A stretch of 64,000 nucleotides of DNA from a virus. Location of the stretch: positions 1 to 64,000 of IMG/VR virus record IMGVR_UViG_3300031857_015401. The stretch is one strand, 5' to 3'. Of the stretch, positions 10,025 through 18,718 are shown one piece after another. The position numbers and the translations under genes were made by a program. Each line of letters begins with the position of its first letter. The first letter of the stretch is position 1. The notes under the pieces were generated by a model. The model saw only the letters and a program-made list of their open reading frames with translations. It was not told where the DNA came from and did not search any database.

Positions 10025-10876
10025 TTAGAAAGGTAATTCTTCTGATGGTTCTTCATCCGCTTGTGGGTCAACAATAGGCGTTTCTTCTTTAACACCTCCA
10101 AGTGAAATTTCCGCTTCTTCTCCGTAAACATATTTTTTAAGTTCACTACTCCAAATTGGTGTTTCCCCTACCGCAACTGCTTCTAAATATTCAACAGGTT
10201 TTTTAGAATAAACATCACTCCAAGTTAATTCATCTTTAACCCAACCATCCATGATTTCTTTATCTTCGTGTAATGGTGCAGGATCGTCATACATAATTGT
10301 TTGAACAACAGTATATTCTTTTCCTTGTGGTGTTTTTGCCTTTATCAACTCAATGATTAAGTCTCTACCTTTTTCAGCATCAGTAACATCACCTTTTGCT
10401 TTCCAAATAGGAAGAATTTTATCTAATACACCTTCTTGTTTGTAGTTGTGTTTAAATCTCCAAAACTTAACTCCATCTTGTTCGTTATCTCTATCAATAA
10501 CTTTAACAATGTAAAACAATCTTGCTCTGTATTGTGAAGCTAATTCTTTATCTTCTTTTTTACCTGTAGAAATAAGTTCATTATAAACTTCGGTAAGTGG
10601 TGATCTTTCGTTGTCATTTTTATCAGGGTCATACAACTTAACCCATTGTCCGTTAACTTGAATTTCATGATACCAAACTTCAACAAATGGTGAAGAACCA
10701 TCTTTTGTTGGTAAAATTCTAATTCTTTTTTGTGCTGATTTCTCATTCTTTTGAAGAATTGCAGAGAAGTACTTCTTCATTCTGTCTTCTTGAGAAATGT
10801 TTGATTTTTGTGAACCTCCGCTTGGTTGTGAGTTCTTTTCGTACTGAGCGAGTACCGCATCTAAAGCATTTGACAT
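10025..10876 (-). CDS. Single-stranded DNA-binding protein (T4 gp32-like)
   Basis: IRILP...PFVEVWYH, VKVIDR...GVKFWRF and GRDLII motifs with acidic tail ending EELPF. Start moved from the track's TTG (10945) to ATG at 10876 (MSNALDAVL). Confidence 0.82.
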   Translation of the reverse strand: MSNALDAVLAQYEKNSQPSGGSQKSNISQEDRMKKYFSAILQKNEKSAQKRIRILPTKDGSSPFVEVWYHEIQVNGQWVKLYDPDKNDNERSPLTEVYNELISTGKKEDKELASQYRARLFYIVKVIDRDNEQDGVKFWRFKHNYKQEGVLDKILPIWKAKGDVTDAEKGRDLIIELIKAKTPQGKEYTVVQTIMYDDPAPLHEDKEIMDGWVKDELTWSDVYSKKPVEYLEAVAVGETPIWSSELKKYVYGEEAEISLGGVKEETPIVDPQADEEPSEELPF

Positions 10877-10917
10877 AATTTGTTTTTTTAAAAATTTATA
10901 CTCTTTTATCTGAATAA

Positions 10918-10945
10918 AATATAAGTATAAATCTAATAATGTCAA
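10918..10945 (-). promoter_or_regulatory. Sigma70-like promoter heading the SSB-UvsX-exonuclease-helicase-RNR operon
   Basis: Minus strand TTGACA-16 nt-TATATT directly after a terminator and about 40 nt upstream of the SSB ATG. Confidence 0.55.
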
Positions 10946-10973
10946 ATAAAAAAGGTTCGGATGACCGAACCTT
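10944..10973 (-). terminator. Intrinsic terminator
   Basis: Minus strand AAGGTTCGG-TCAT-CCGAACCTT followed by TTTTATTT, just after the stop at 10979. Confidence 0.85.
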
Positions 10974-10978
10974 ATTTC

Positions 10979-11698
10979 TTAAAGTATTCTTCTGTTTCTT
11001 CTTTGATAACGTTCATTAACATTTTCCTCTTCGTCATATATGTTAAAAGTTTTTTTAATTTCGTTTGGTGAAAAGTTTTCTACTTCATCTGAAGTAAGGA
11101 CGTACTCGTTTTTACCTGACTTTTCCATTTCAGGTTCTTTATCATTAAAAAAATCAGTTAATTTTTGATTATATGGATAAGAATCTAAAGACCTTAACAT
11201 TAATTTTTCTTCAGGTGTTTTATCTCTATATTTGTCAAACTTATTTTCTAAACTATCAATTTTATTCATTAATTGATCAATATTTTCTAATTTAGATTGT
11301 AAATCATCTAATTTAGAAAAAATACCATCCATAACTTCATCTTGTTTCTTTTTAATTTCTTGTTGTGTTGTAACTAAATCAGTTATATCTATTTCTTCCG
11401 CTTCCTCTTCTTCACCTTCTTTTTCTGCACCAACTTCTTCAACATCAGGATCTGTAGTAACATCGACAGGTTCAGGTACTTCTTCACCTCCTCCAGCATC
11501 AGGTGCCGGTGGTGCTCCAGCATCAGGTGCCGGTGGTGCTCCAGCATCTGGTGCCGGTGGTGCTCCAGCGTCCGGTGCCGGTGGTGCTCCAGCATCAGGT
11601 GCCGGTGGTAGCGCCCCAGGATCTTGTTCGTTTAATATGTAAGTATTTATTTCATTAAATCTTTTTAATTCTGACAATAATCTTTTTTCTAAGTTCAT
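10979..11698 (-). CDS. Acidic Pro-rich coiled-coil protein, possible head core/internal protein
   Basis: N-terminal LLSELKRFNEINTYILNEQ, (PPAPDAGA)x5, acidic linker, then heptad coiled coil. Confidence 0.65.
   Translation of the reverse strand: MNLEKRLLSELKRFNEINTYILNEQDPGALPPAPDAGAPPAPDAGAPPAPDAGAPPAPDAGAPPAPDAGGGEEVPEPVDVTTDPDVEEVGAEKEGEEEEAEEIDITDLVTTQQEIKKKQDEVMDGIFSKLDDLQSKLENIDQLMNKIDSLENKFDKYRDKTPEEKLMLRSLDSYPYNQKLTDFFNDKEPEMEKSGKNEYVLTSDEVENFSPNEIKKTFNIYDEEENVNERYQRRNRRIL
11491..11609. repeat. 24-bp tandem repeat x5 (coding PPAPDAGA)
   Basis: Unit CTCCAGCATCAGGTGCCGGTGGTG at 11491, 11515, 11539, 11563 and 11587 with few synonymous changes. Confidence 0.95.
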
Positions 11699-11709
11699 TT
11701 TAATATTTT

Positions 11710-11934
11710 TTAACCGTTTAATAGTGTTTTAACCCCTGTTGGAGTTTCGACTCTTAAAGTTTTATTAGTCTTAACTGTATTGTCAAATCTTTCAATAAGT
11801 CCGTCTTTCATTCTTATTGTATAACAATCTCCTGTATCTAAATCACAAACTTGTTTGTGATCTGAATCGATTTGTTTTTCTGTGATTCTCGTATCTTTTC
11901 TAAGATAATCATCTAATAATTTTTTTACACTCAT
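11710..11934 (-). CDS. Hypothetical protein
   Basis: 74-aa ORF with CDLDTGDC; own upstream TATTTAT motif. Confidence 0.7.
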   Translation of the reverse strand: MSVKKLLDDYLRKDTRITEKQIDSDHKQVCDLDTGDCYTIRMKDGLIERFDNTVKTNKTLRVETPTGVKTLLNG

Positions 11935-11972
11935 AACTTTTTTATATATAAATATATTGTACTTTATAAAAT

Positions 11973-14900
11973 TTAAGAAGGGAAGTAAGTTTGTGCGATT
12001 TTTGCTATGTTAATATATGACTGAAAATCATCTTCTGTGATTGTACCTCTGTTTAAATTTTCATTAATTGCGTCATTAATTTCATTTGCACTCTCGTTAA
12101 AAAAACCGGCATCCCAAACCCTTATTGCGTATTGGGCAACTGATTTTGCCTCTACTTCCGAAGTAATATTAGTACCACCATTTATAGTGTTTAAAGCATC
12201 AATAACTGGTAAAGTAGGTTTAACTATTGAATTAGCGGTAAATATTGATCCTGTATCTGAACTATAAGAAAATAATGGTGTCGGTATATTTCCTCTTGTT
12301 TGTGTACAAATTAATTCAAACGTATTCAATACTGATTGTTGTTGTTCATTTACAGCATTAATTTCAAAATAGTTTTTATTAAGTGGTTCAAACAATCCAG
12401 AACTACTAGATGCTCCTGTCGGTCTAGTTAATGCTATAGTAAATAAAATTATTTTACATACTCTATTATTTGTGGTGTCTGTAACATTTGTATCTAATAA
12501 AGTTTTAAAGTCTTCATATGTTAATGGTGTTTTTTGAATATTAACAAACCTATAACCAGCATTAGAAGTATAACTACCAAATAATAAATTAATACAACTT
12601 TGTTGGTCACTAATCAGACCTTCTTTTTCTAATTTTTGACCTTCTGGATCAAGTATAGTAACTTCTTCGGTTGGGACTCCTTCTGTGTTTTTTCTTTCAA
12701 GTATTTTTGATTTATATTTTTCTAAATAGTTAGTTTTTATGTATGTACCAAGACTATCAGGTTGTGGTAATGCGTATTTTGGCATTCTACTACCCTTAAA
12801 AGTAGTTTCAAAACCGTTAATTGTTATATTATGTGAAACATTAAATATATAATAAGGTCCATAGAATAGTGGTACGTGTCTTAAATTAAAATACATTAGT
12901 GGTTGTATCATAACATTACCTAAAGAATTGATTGTACAAGCATATGACAGGGATTTATAAAAAGAATAAAGTGAAGTTGATTGTTGAGCAATTTGACCAC
13001 CGCTAGCACTATTAGCTAAATTAGTTCTAACTTGGAAAGTGGCTGCGGTATTTTTTTTATCATCCATACCAACAGTAAAACCTTTAAATATATTTTGATT
13101 TCTAATTCCAAAATCAACATTAAACCCAACAACTTTATTAGATAAAGATTTATTTTGTTTATTATCTTCAATTCTTAACGGATTAGTTGCCGGATTTCTA
13201 AAATCATAACTATCATCTCCATAAATCATAAAACTATTATCTTTTGATGGTAATTTTTCTGATTCTCTACCTGTATACACACACAAAAATTTTGCGGTTG
13301 AGTTAATATAATCAACATTAGTCCATGTCCCAAATAAGTTACCAGCAGAATCAAAATTTATTGCTTGTGGGTTTTTTGATGGTTGTTGTATTCCATAGAA
13401 ATTAACATAAGATGGTAAAGAAAAAAATAACATATTACCACATTTTTCTAAAATAGATCCAACAACAGAATATATATCTACACCACCATCAGCATTTAAT
13501 ATATTCTTAGCGTCTTCCATTGGAATTTGAATTTTGTCTCCTATGTCATTGTTTGAAACGTCGTGAAATAAAAAATCCTCAAATAATGTTTTATTTTTAA
13601 AATCTGTCCCTGATATCCACTTATCGTTTAAGGTTTGAAAAACATTATATAAAGATAGTTTAGTTACATCCCCTTCTACTGTACTATTAGTAGTTCCGTT
13701 TTTTGTTTTTAAAGTAGGTAAGTTTTTATTTAAATACTGAGAAATTTCAGAAATAGCATTATTATTAAAATTATTAATCTCAACTAAGAATGTTCTTAAT
13801 AATCCTTTAAATGTTGTTGAATTAAAAGTTTGATTATTTTTTTTAGCTTCGTATTTATGTCTCGCAAATATTTTAATCAATGGATATAAAGATTTAATAT
13901 TATTAATACTAAATTTTAAATTCATGTCTATGAAAAAATCTGTAATTACTGATCCTGAATTAGTGTAATTAACATTAGGTAGTGTTGAAAACCCTACGTA
14001 TTTTTGTAAAGTTTTCCATTCTTGGTTAAATGCCGCTTTACTTTGGGTTAAGGTGATGGTTTGTCCGTCACCAGGTAATGAATTTAATATGTATGGTTCT
14101 TCAAATTTAAAAGGTTCTACTGGTGTGAATCCTGGTTCATTTAAAAAACTATTAAAAAGTTTTCTATCAAAATTTCCAGCATTACCAATTTTTAATATAC
14201 AATCAAATGATAAAAATTTTTGAATATTATTTGTTATATTTTTTATTTGTGCTTGAGCTAAGTTTACCGAATCGGTATTTTGTTGGTTAAATAATTGGAC
14301 ATAATTATCTCTAACTAAAAATATTTTTTTAATTTGATTAAATAGTGTTCTTTCTTCTATGTTTTTTATTTTATTTGTGCTAGTATATGATGGACTTTTT
14401 ATTTCGTTTTCTAAAATAAAAATGTCTTCTGCCGTTGGGTTTGGTTTACAAAAACCTAAAAAGGCCTTTTCAAATAAATCTAAAATTTCAGGTTTGAACA
14501 CGGCAAATATGTCTTCAATATATTTAATTTTATCTGTAGTAAAATCTAAATACTCATTGTATTTTGGTTTTGTTACCAAATCATTATCAAAATAACCGTA
14601 TTGTGGAGCACCCCATAGTGTTCTAACCGAACCATTGTACATTGCCGGATTATCTTTTACTTCTAAATTTAATTTATCTTCATTATTAAAACATTCAAAA
14701 ACCGTTTGATTAAAAATCGAACCACCATTAGAAGGGATTAATAAATATGATTTATAATTGGCATCAATTAATGGATCTTTATCAAAAGTTAAATACTGAA
14801 AAAAAGGATTTATAATTATTGATCTATTAAGATTATTTGGGTCTCCACTTAAATTCATAATATAAGAAGCCTCAGTGTTTAACCCAACCTTTAATTTATT

Positions 14901-17900
14901 TTGATTATATAAATCTTCAAATTCAGTAATATTATAATTTGTAAATAAATCTTTTTTTGTAAAATACCAATGTAAATCATTTATCATTTTTGGATAGAAC
15001 CCAGTGTTAAATGTTTCTGAAACTTGTGTGGTGTTAAATGCTTGACTTTTATAACCCCTAAAGTCTATTGTTCCTCCAGTGTAGTTTTTAATTTGAAAAT
15101 TAGTAGTTAATGAATTATTAAATGGATCGTAATATTGGTTATAATCAAAGTTTTTCCATACGTCATCCAAGATATCAACATTTTCATCTAAATATTTTTT
15201 ATACCTATACCAAATAGATCCAAATTTTAAAATACTAGCATATGGTATTTGGTGTATCGCCGAAAAGTTTTTTAGTGTTGCGGCAAACCCATCTAAATCA
15301 GTTTCTTGTGACGTATCAATAATAAAATCCGTTAAGTCAGACAATGGCATAGCGGCTAAGTATAGGTAACCAAGTGTAGTGTATGGGTTTTCTACTTTAT
15401 TTTTTTCTTTATTAACACCATCCAATATTGAATTTATAAAGTATGGTGTGTTAAATATCGTAGTTTTTTGAAAATTAGTCCCAACACTACCACTATAGGT
15501 GTCTTTTAATAAAATATCATTAACAGTTAAGTAATAATTTTTTTTATCTGTGTCATCAAAAAATTTTTTTAACCCTTCTCTGTTTTCTATCTTAGTGTCT
15601 GTTTGTTTATCAAAAAAAACATTAGTTGAAAAATTTTTAAATTGGGTATTAGCATAATCTTTAAAACATTTTATGCTTTTATATTCTTCAGTTTCACTTA
15701 ATCTTGATATTGTTTTTTTGTCATCTAAAAATAGATAGGTTTTTGTGGTTTCATTAAAAAATTTAGCTTTAGTGGATTTTGTATTTCCAGTTACGTAATC
15801 ATCATCAGTAAATGGTAAAGTATCTAAAAAAGAAAATTCTGATATTTCACTACTTCTTAAATATTCTTCAAAGTTTTTAATTAAAGGTATTGTGTTATCT
15901 AAACTTATAGATCTAGCATCAATTGTTGACATATCAAAAAGCCCGTAATCTTTTTCAATGTCGTTTCTTAAATAATCAGTTACATATTTATCTCTTTCAA
16001 AATCTGCCCAATTAGCACCAATACCACCACTATTAGAAATATTAAATAATTCCTGTCTTAGTGTTTGTAAATTATATTTTTTTGTTTTTAATTTTTCAAC
16101 AAGGCTCGGACTGTCTCTAACGGCATTTATAATATTTTTAGATTCCAAGTCATATAAAAATTTATCAATTTGTTTACTTTTAAAAGTACTTTTTACTAAT
16201 TTAGGGTACGTACTTAAAAGGTATGCTCTTTCATAAAATTCATAAAAAAAAGAAATTTCAGATTTATTCTCATAAGGAACATCATTAAATGGGAAATAAA
16301 CAGTATTACATGATCCGTACTTAGCCAATTCTTTAGGGTTGTTATAAACACTTCTTTTTATTTCTTTTGCTCTTTTTGTGGATGATGTTAAATAATCTTC
16401 TAAAAAATTTATTTCAGGCCAAACACTATTATCAAAAGCTGCGGTCTTGTCAGAATATTTAGGATCACCAATATATCTAATATTATATTTTTCAGTACCG
16501 TCTTCTTCTTTTTCTTCGACAAAATATGTTGGCCATGGATAAACCACATTTACATTTTTTAAATTTTCAGACGTTCCCCCTATTGAATTTTTCGCATCTA
16601 TACCAAAATTTTTATCGGGTGGTAGTATAGTACTAACTCTTTTAGGGTTGTCTCGTAAATCCCAAGCATCTGTATGAGTTTTATCCATTATACGATAAAA
16701 AGAATCCAAACCAGCGAATAAAATTGCCATTATATTTCTTAATGTTGGTTTATAACCTAAACCTCCATTTTTAGAGAAAAATTTAATGGCTAATTCATCT
16801 GAAAGTTGTGTCTCAATTTCTTGTTCTTTTTCGTCTATTTTTTTTCTTAAAATTTCTATTTTATTTAAAAAACTATTAGGGACATACTCCACACCACCAA
16901 CATTTATTTCACCGTATTTTAAAAGTGTAGGGAAAGTTTCAATTTCTGTATTTGTAATATCTTTTATAATTTCTTTTGTATTTGTTATTAAATTTAATTG
17001 AGCAATAAAAATCTGTACTTGTTCGTCTGTTGGTACTCTTTTTAATCTTGCCGCTAAAGTTTTTTTGTAATCTTCTTCGGTTAATAAATCATAATCAAAT
17101 TCCTCAAATATTTCAGTGTCCGTAATATTAACTGGAATTTGATTACCATTTGTTGAGTCTTGACCAAATGATGCGTTTCTCCTCATGTTATCTAAAGCGT
17201 TATTAATTTCTGCTTTAATAGCACTTATAATGTCTCTTCTTTTTTGAAAGTCTAATGTATTTTTAAACGGGTAGTAAATTTGACCGTTATAAACAATATA
17301 GTTATTAGTATCTAAATAATTGTTAAGAACTACTTTATAAGCCTTGTCTTTTATATCCAATAAATCATTTCTAAATTGTGAAATATCACTTAATATTACA
17401 AAATCCCCTTGTTGTATTTTAGACTCCATATTAGTTTGGAAACTATCAGCATCTTCAATAAATTCATCTATTGTTAAATTTGGAAAATCTTGGGCAATTA
17501 AACCTTTAGATTTATATATAGAATAAACCTCATCTAAAACTTGTCTACCATAAGATGTTTGAGTGTCACTAACTCTTGTGTTTGTAGAATTTGTAGAAGA
17601 TGGTTCAGTTTTTTGTATTACCGTTGGGAACATTTTTGGTGCGGTTCTAGCATAATCTAAAAGACTGTCACTTAATAACCCTGAATTTTTACCTATTAAA
17701 CTTAGTTTAATATTAAAATTACCACTATTTGCATCAAAAGACGCACTAAAATTTGTTAAGTTTAAACTGTACCTTATAGCCTTACCATAATAACCTTTTA
17801 GTGTTAAATAAAATAATGGATAAGGTAAATTAAAAAAAACAGAATAAAGTGATTTCTCACCTTGCTCAAATAATGTTCTTCCTTGTATATCTATTAATTC

Positions 17901-18410
17901 AATATCGACTTTTGGTACAAACATACCACCAGCCTTACCTCCAGTAATTTCTACTCTTATTGATGATATACCTAATAATTGAGTGTCTTCATAGTTTGAA
18001 ACGTCTCTTAAATATCTTGTAGTACCTTCTTTATCCGTAATCGCTCTTTCTGTTGTTTGATTAGCCCCTCTTCCTTCTTTAGCCCCTCTACCTGTTAATT
18101 GGTCTGACCAACTAGTATCGAAACTTTTTTTATTTATTGGTTGTAAAAAATTGATTTTATCACCTTTTTCTTTACCTTCAATACTAGCGATAGTAGTACT
18201 TACAACAGCACTATCTAAATCTAACCCAACTGCTAATTTGGTTCTTGGTATTACCTTCGTTTCTAAATTAGCATAAAACACTAAATCTTCGTGTTCAACA
18301 AGTCTATCTTTAACTTCATTGTTTACAACAATTTTATTCGGATCTATTAAAATAATATTATCATAATCCGTTTCAACATAAATTGTATTTTTACTTCTAT
18401 CATCTGCCAT
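11973..18410 (-). CDS. Very large baseplate hub-like protein (gp27/gpD/VgrG-type termini)
   Basis: N-terminal LLGISSIRVEI...VDIELIDIQG and late GNVMIQPLMYFNL...FYGPYYIFNVSHNITINGFETTFKGSR resemble hub proteins; follows a LysM/gp53-like gene. Confidence 0.65.
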   Translation of the reverse strand: MADDRSKNTIYVETDYDNIILIDPNKIVVNNEVKDRLVEHEDLVFYANLETKVIPRTKLAVGLDLDSAVVSTTIASIEGKEKGDKINFLQPINKKSFDTSWSDQLTGRGAKEGRGANQTTERAITDKEGTTRYLRDVSNYEDTQLLGISSIRVEITGGKAGGMFVPKVDIELIDIQGRTLFEQGEKSLYSVFFNLPYPLFYLTLKGYYGKAIRYSLNLTNFSASFDANSGNFNIKLSLIGKNSGLLSDSLLDYARTAPKMFPTVIQKTEPSSTNSTNTRVSDTQTSYGRQVLDEVYSIYKSKGLIAQDFPNLTIDEFIEDADSFQTNMESKIQQGDFVILSDISQFRNDLLDIKDKAYKVVLNNYLDTNNYIVYNGQIYYPFKNTLDFQKRRDIISAIKAEINNALDNMRRNASFGQDSTNGNQIPVNITDTEIFEEFDYDLLTEEDYKKTLAARLKRVPTDEQVQIFIAQLNLITNTKEIIKDITNTEIETFPTLLKYGEINVGGVEYVPNSFLNKIEILRKKIDEKEQEIETQLSDELAIKFFSKNGGLGYKPTLRNIMAILFAGLDSFYRIMDKTHTDAWDLRDNPKRVSTILPPDKNFGIDAKNSIGGTSENLKNVNVVYPWPTYFVEEKEEDGTEKYNIRYIGDPKYSDKTAAFDNSVWPEINFLEDYLTSSTKRAKEIKRSVYNNPKELAKYGSCNTVYFPFNDVPYENKSEISFFYEFYERAYLLSTYPKLVKSTFKSKQIDKFLYDLESKNIINAVRDSPSLVEKLKTKKYNLQTLRQELFNISNSGGIGANWADFERDKYVTDYLRNDIEKDYGLFDMSTIDARSISLDNTIPLIKNFEEYLRSSEISEFSFLDTLPFTDDDYVTGNTKSTKAKFFNETTKTYLFLDDKKTISRLSETEEYKSIKCFKDYANTQFKNFSTNVFFDKQTDTKIENREGLKKFFDDTDKKNYYLTVNDILLKDTYSGSVGTNFQKTTIFNTPYFINSILDGVNKEKNKVENPYTTLGYLYLAAMPLSDLTDFIIDTSQETDLDGFAATLKNFSAIHQIPYASILKFGSIWYRYKKYLDENVDILDDVWKNFDYNQYYDPFNNSLTTNFQIKNYTGGTIDFRGYKSQAFNTTQVSETFNTGFYPKMINDLHWYFTKKDLFTNYNITEFEDLYNQNKLKVGLNTEASYIMNLSGDPNNLNRSIIINPFFQYLTFDKDPLIDANYKSYLLIPSNGGSIFNQTVFECFNNEDKLNLEVKDNPAMYNGSVRTLWGAPQYGYFDNDLVTKPKYNEYLDFTTDKIKYIEDIFAVFKPEILDLFEKAFLGFCKPNPTAEDIFILENEIKSPSYTSTNKIKNIEERTLFNQIKKIFLVRDNYVQLFNQQNTDSVNLAQAQIKNITNNIQKFLSFDCILKIGNAGNFDRKLFNSFLNEPGFTPVEPFKFEEPYILNSLPGDGQTITLTQSKAAFNQEWKTLQKYVGFSTLPNVNYTNSGSVITDFFIDMNLKFSINNIKSLYPLIKIFARHKYEAKKNNQTFNSTTFKGLLRTFLVEINNFNNNAISEISQYLNKNLPTLKTKNGTTNSTVEGDVTKLSLYNVFQTLNDKWISGTDFKNKTLFEDFLFHDVSNNDIGDKIQIPMEDAKNILNADGGVDIYSVVGSILEKCGNMLFFSLPSYVNFYGIQQPSKNPQAINFDSAGNLFGTWTNVDYINSTAKFLCVYTGRESEKLPSKDNSFMIYGDDSYDFRNPATNPLRIEDNKQNKSLSNKVVGFNVDFGIRNQNIFKGFTVGMDDKKNTAATFQVRTNLANSASGGQIAQQSTSLYSFYKSLSYACTINSLGNVMIQPLMYFNLRHVPLFYGPYYIFNVSHNITINGFETTFKGSRMPKYALPQPDSLGTYIKTNYLEKYKSKILERKNTEGVPTEEVTILDPEGQKLEKEGLISDQQSCINLLFGSYTSNAGYRFVNIQKTPLTYEDFKTLLDTNVTDTTNNRVCKIILFTIALTRPTGASSSSGLFEPLNKNYFEINAVNEQQQSVLNTFELICTQTRGNIPTPLFSYSSDTGSIFTANSIVKPTLPVIDALNTINGGTNITSEVEAKSVAQYAIRVWDAGFFNESANEINDAINENLNRGTITEDDFQSYINIAKIAQTYFPS

Positions 18411-18717
18411 AATAAAAAATATGAGCGTCTACCGCATTTTTGTAGTCTAATAATGCACTAATTAATGGATATGGTACTATTAAAATTGTACCATCAGGTA
18501 TATTTGATTCCAAACCTCCGTATATTGGGTTTGCCATCTGTATTAACCAACCAAAATAAGGTGATCCATATTTTTCATAACTAATTTTATCTAATCTGGA
18601 TTTTCCAGTTCTATAAATATATTTTTGATCGGATGGTCTTGTACCAAAATTAACATACGGAACTACTGTTTGATTACCGTTTAATAAAAATCTATTATAT
18701 CTTTTAAAATATTCCAT
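18400..18717 (-). CDS. LysM-like baseplate wedge protein (gp53/gpX-like)
   Basis: RLDKISYEKYGSPYFGWLIQMANP...IPDGTILIVP; canonical position between tube initiator and hub. Confidence 0.8.
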   Translation of the reverse strand: MEYFKRYNRFLLNGNQTVVPYVNFGTRPSDQKYIYRTGKSRLDKISYEKYGSPYFGWLIQMANPIYGGLESNIPDGTILIVPYPLISALLDYKNAVDAHIFYYGR

Positions 18718-18718
18718 A

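Noticed and set aside
11389-11595. 68-aa ORF with (MLEHHRH)n repeats
   Set aside because: It is an alternative-frame reading of the 24-bp PPAPDAGA repeat.
11491-11609. Tandem repeats here and at 44989-45162 as possible CRISPR arrays
   Set aside because: Units are head-to-tail with no spacers, are multiples of 3 and lie in frame inside genes; no cas genes are present.
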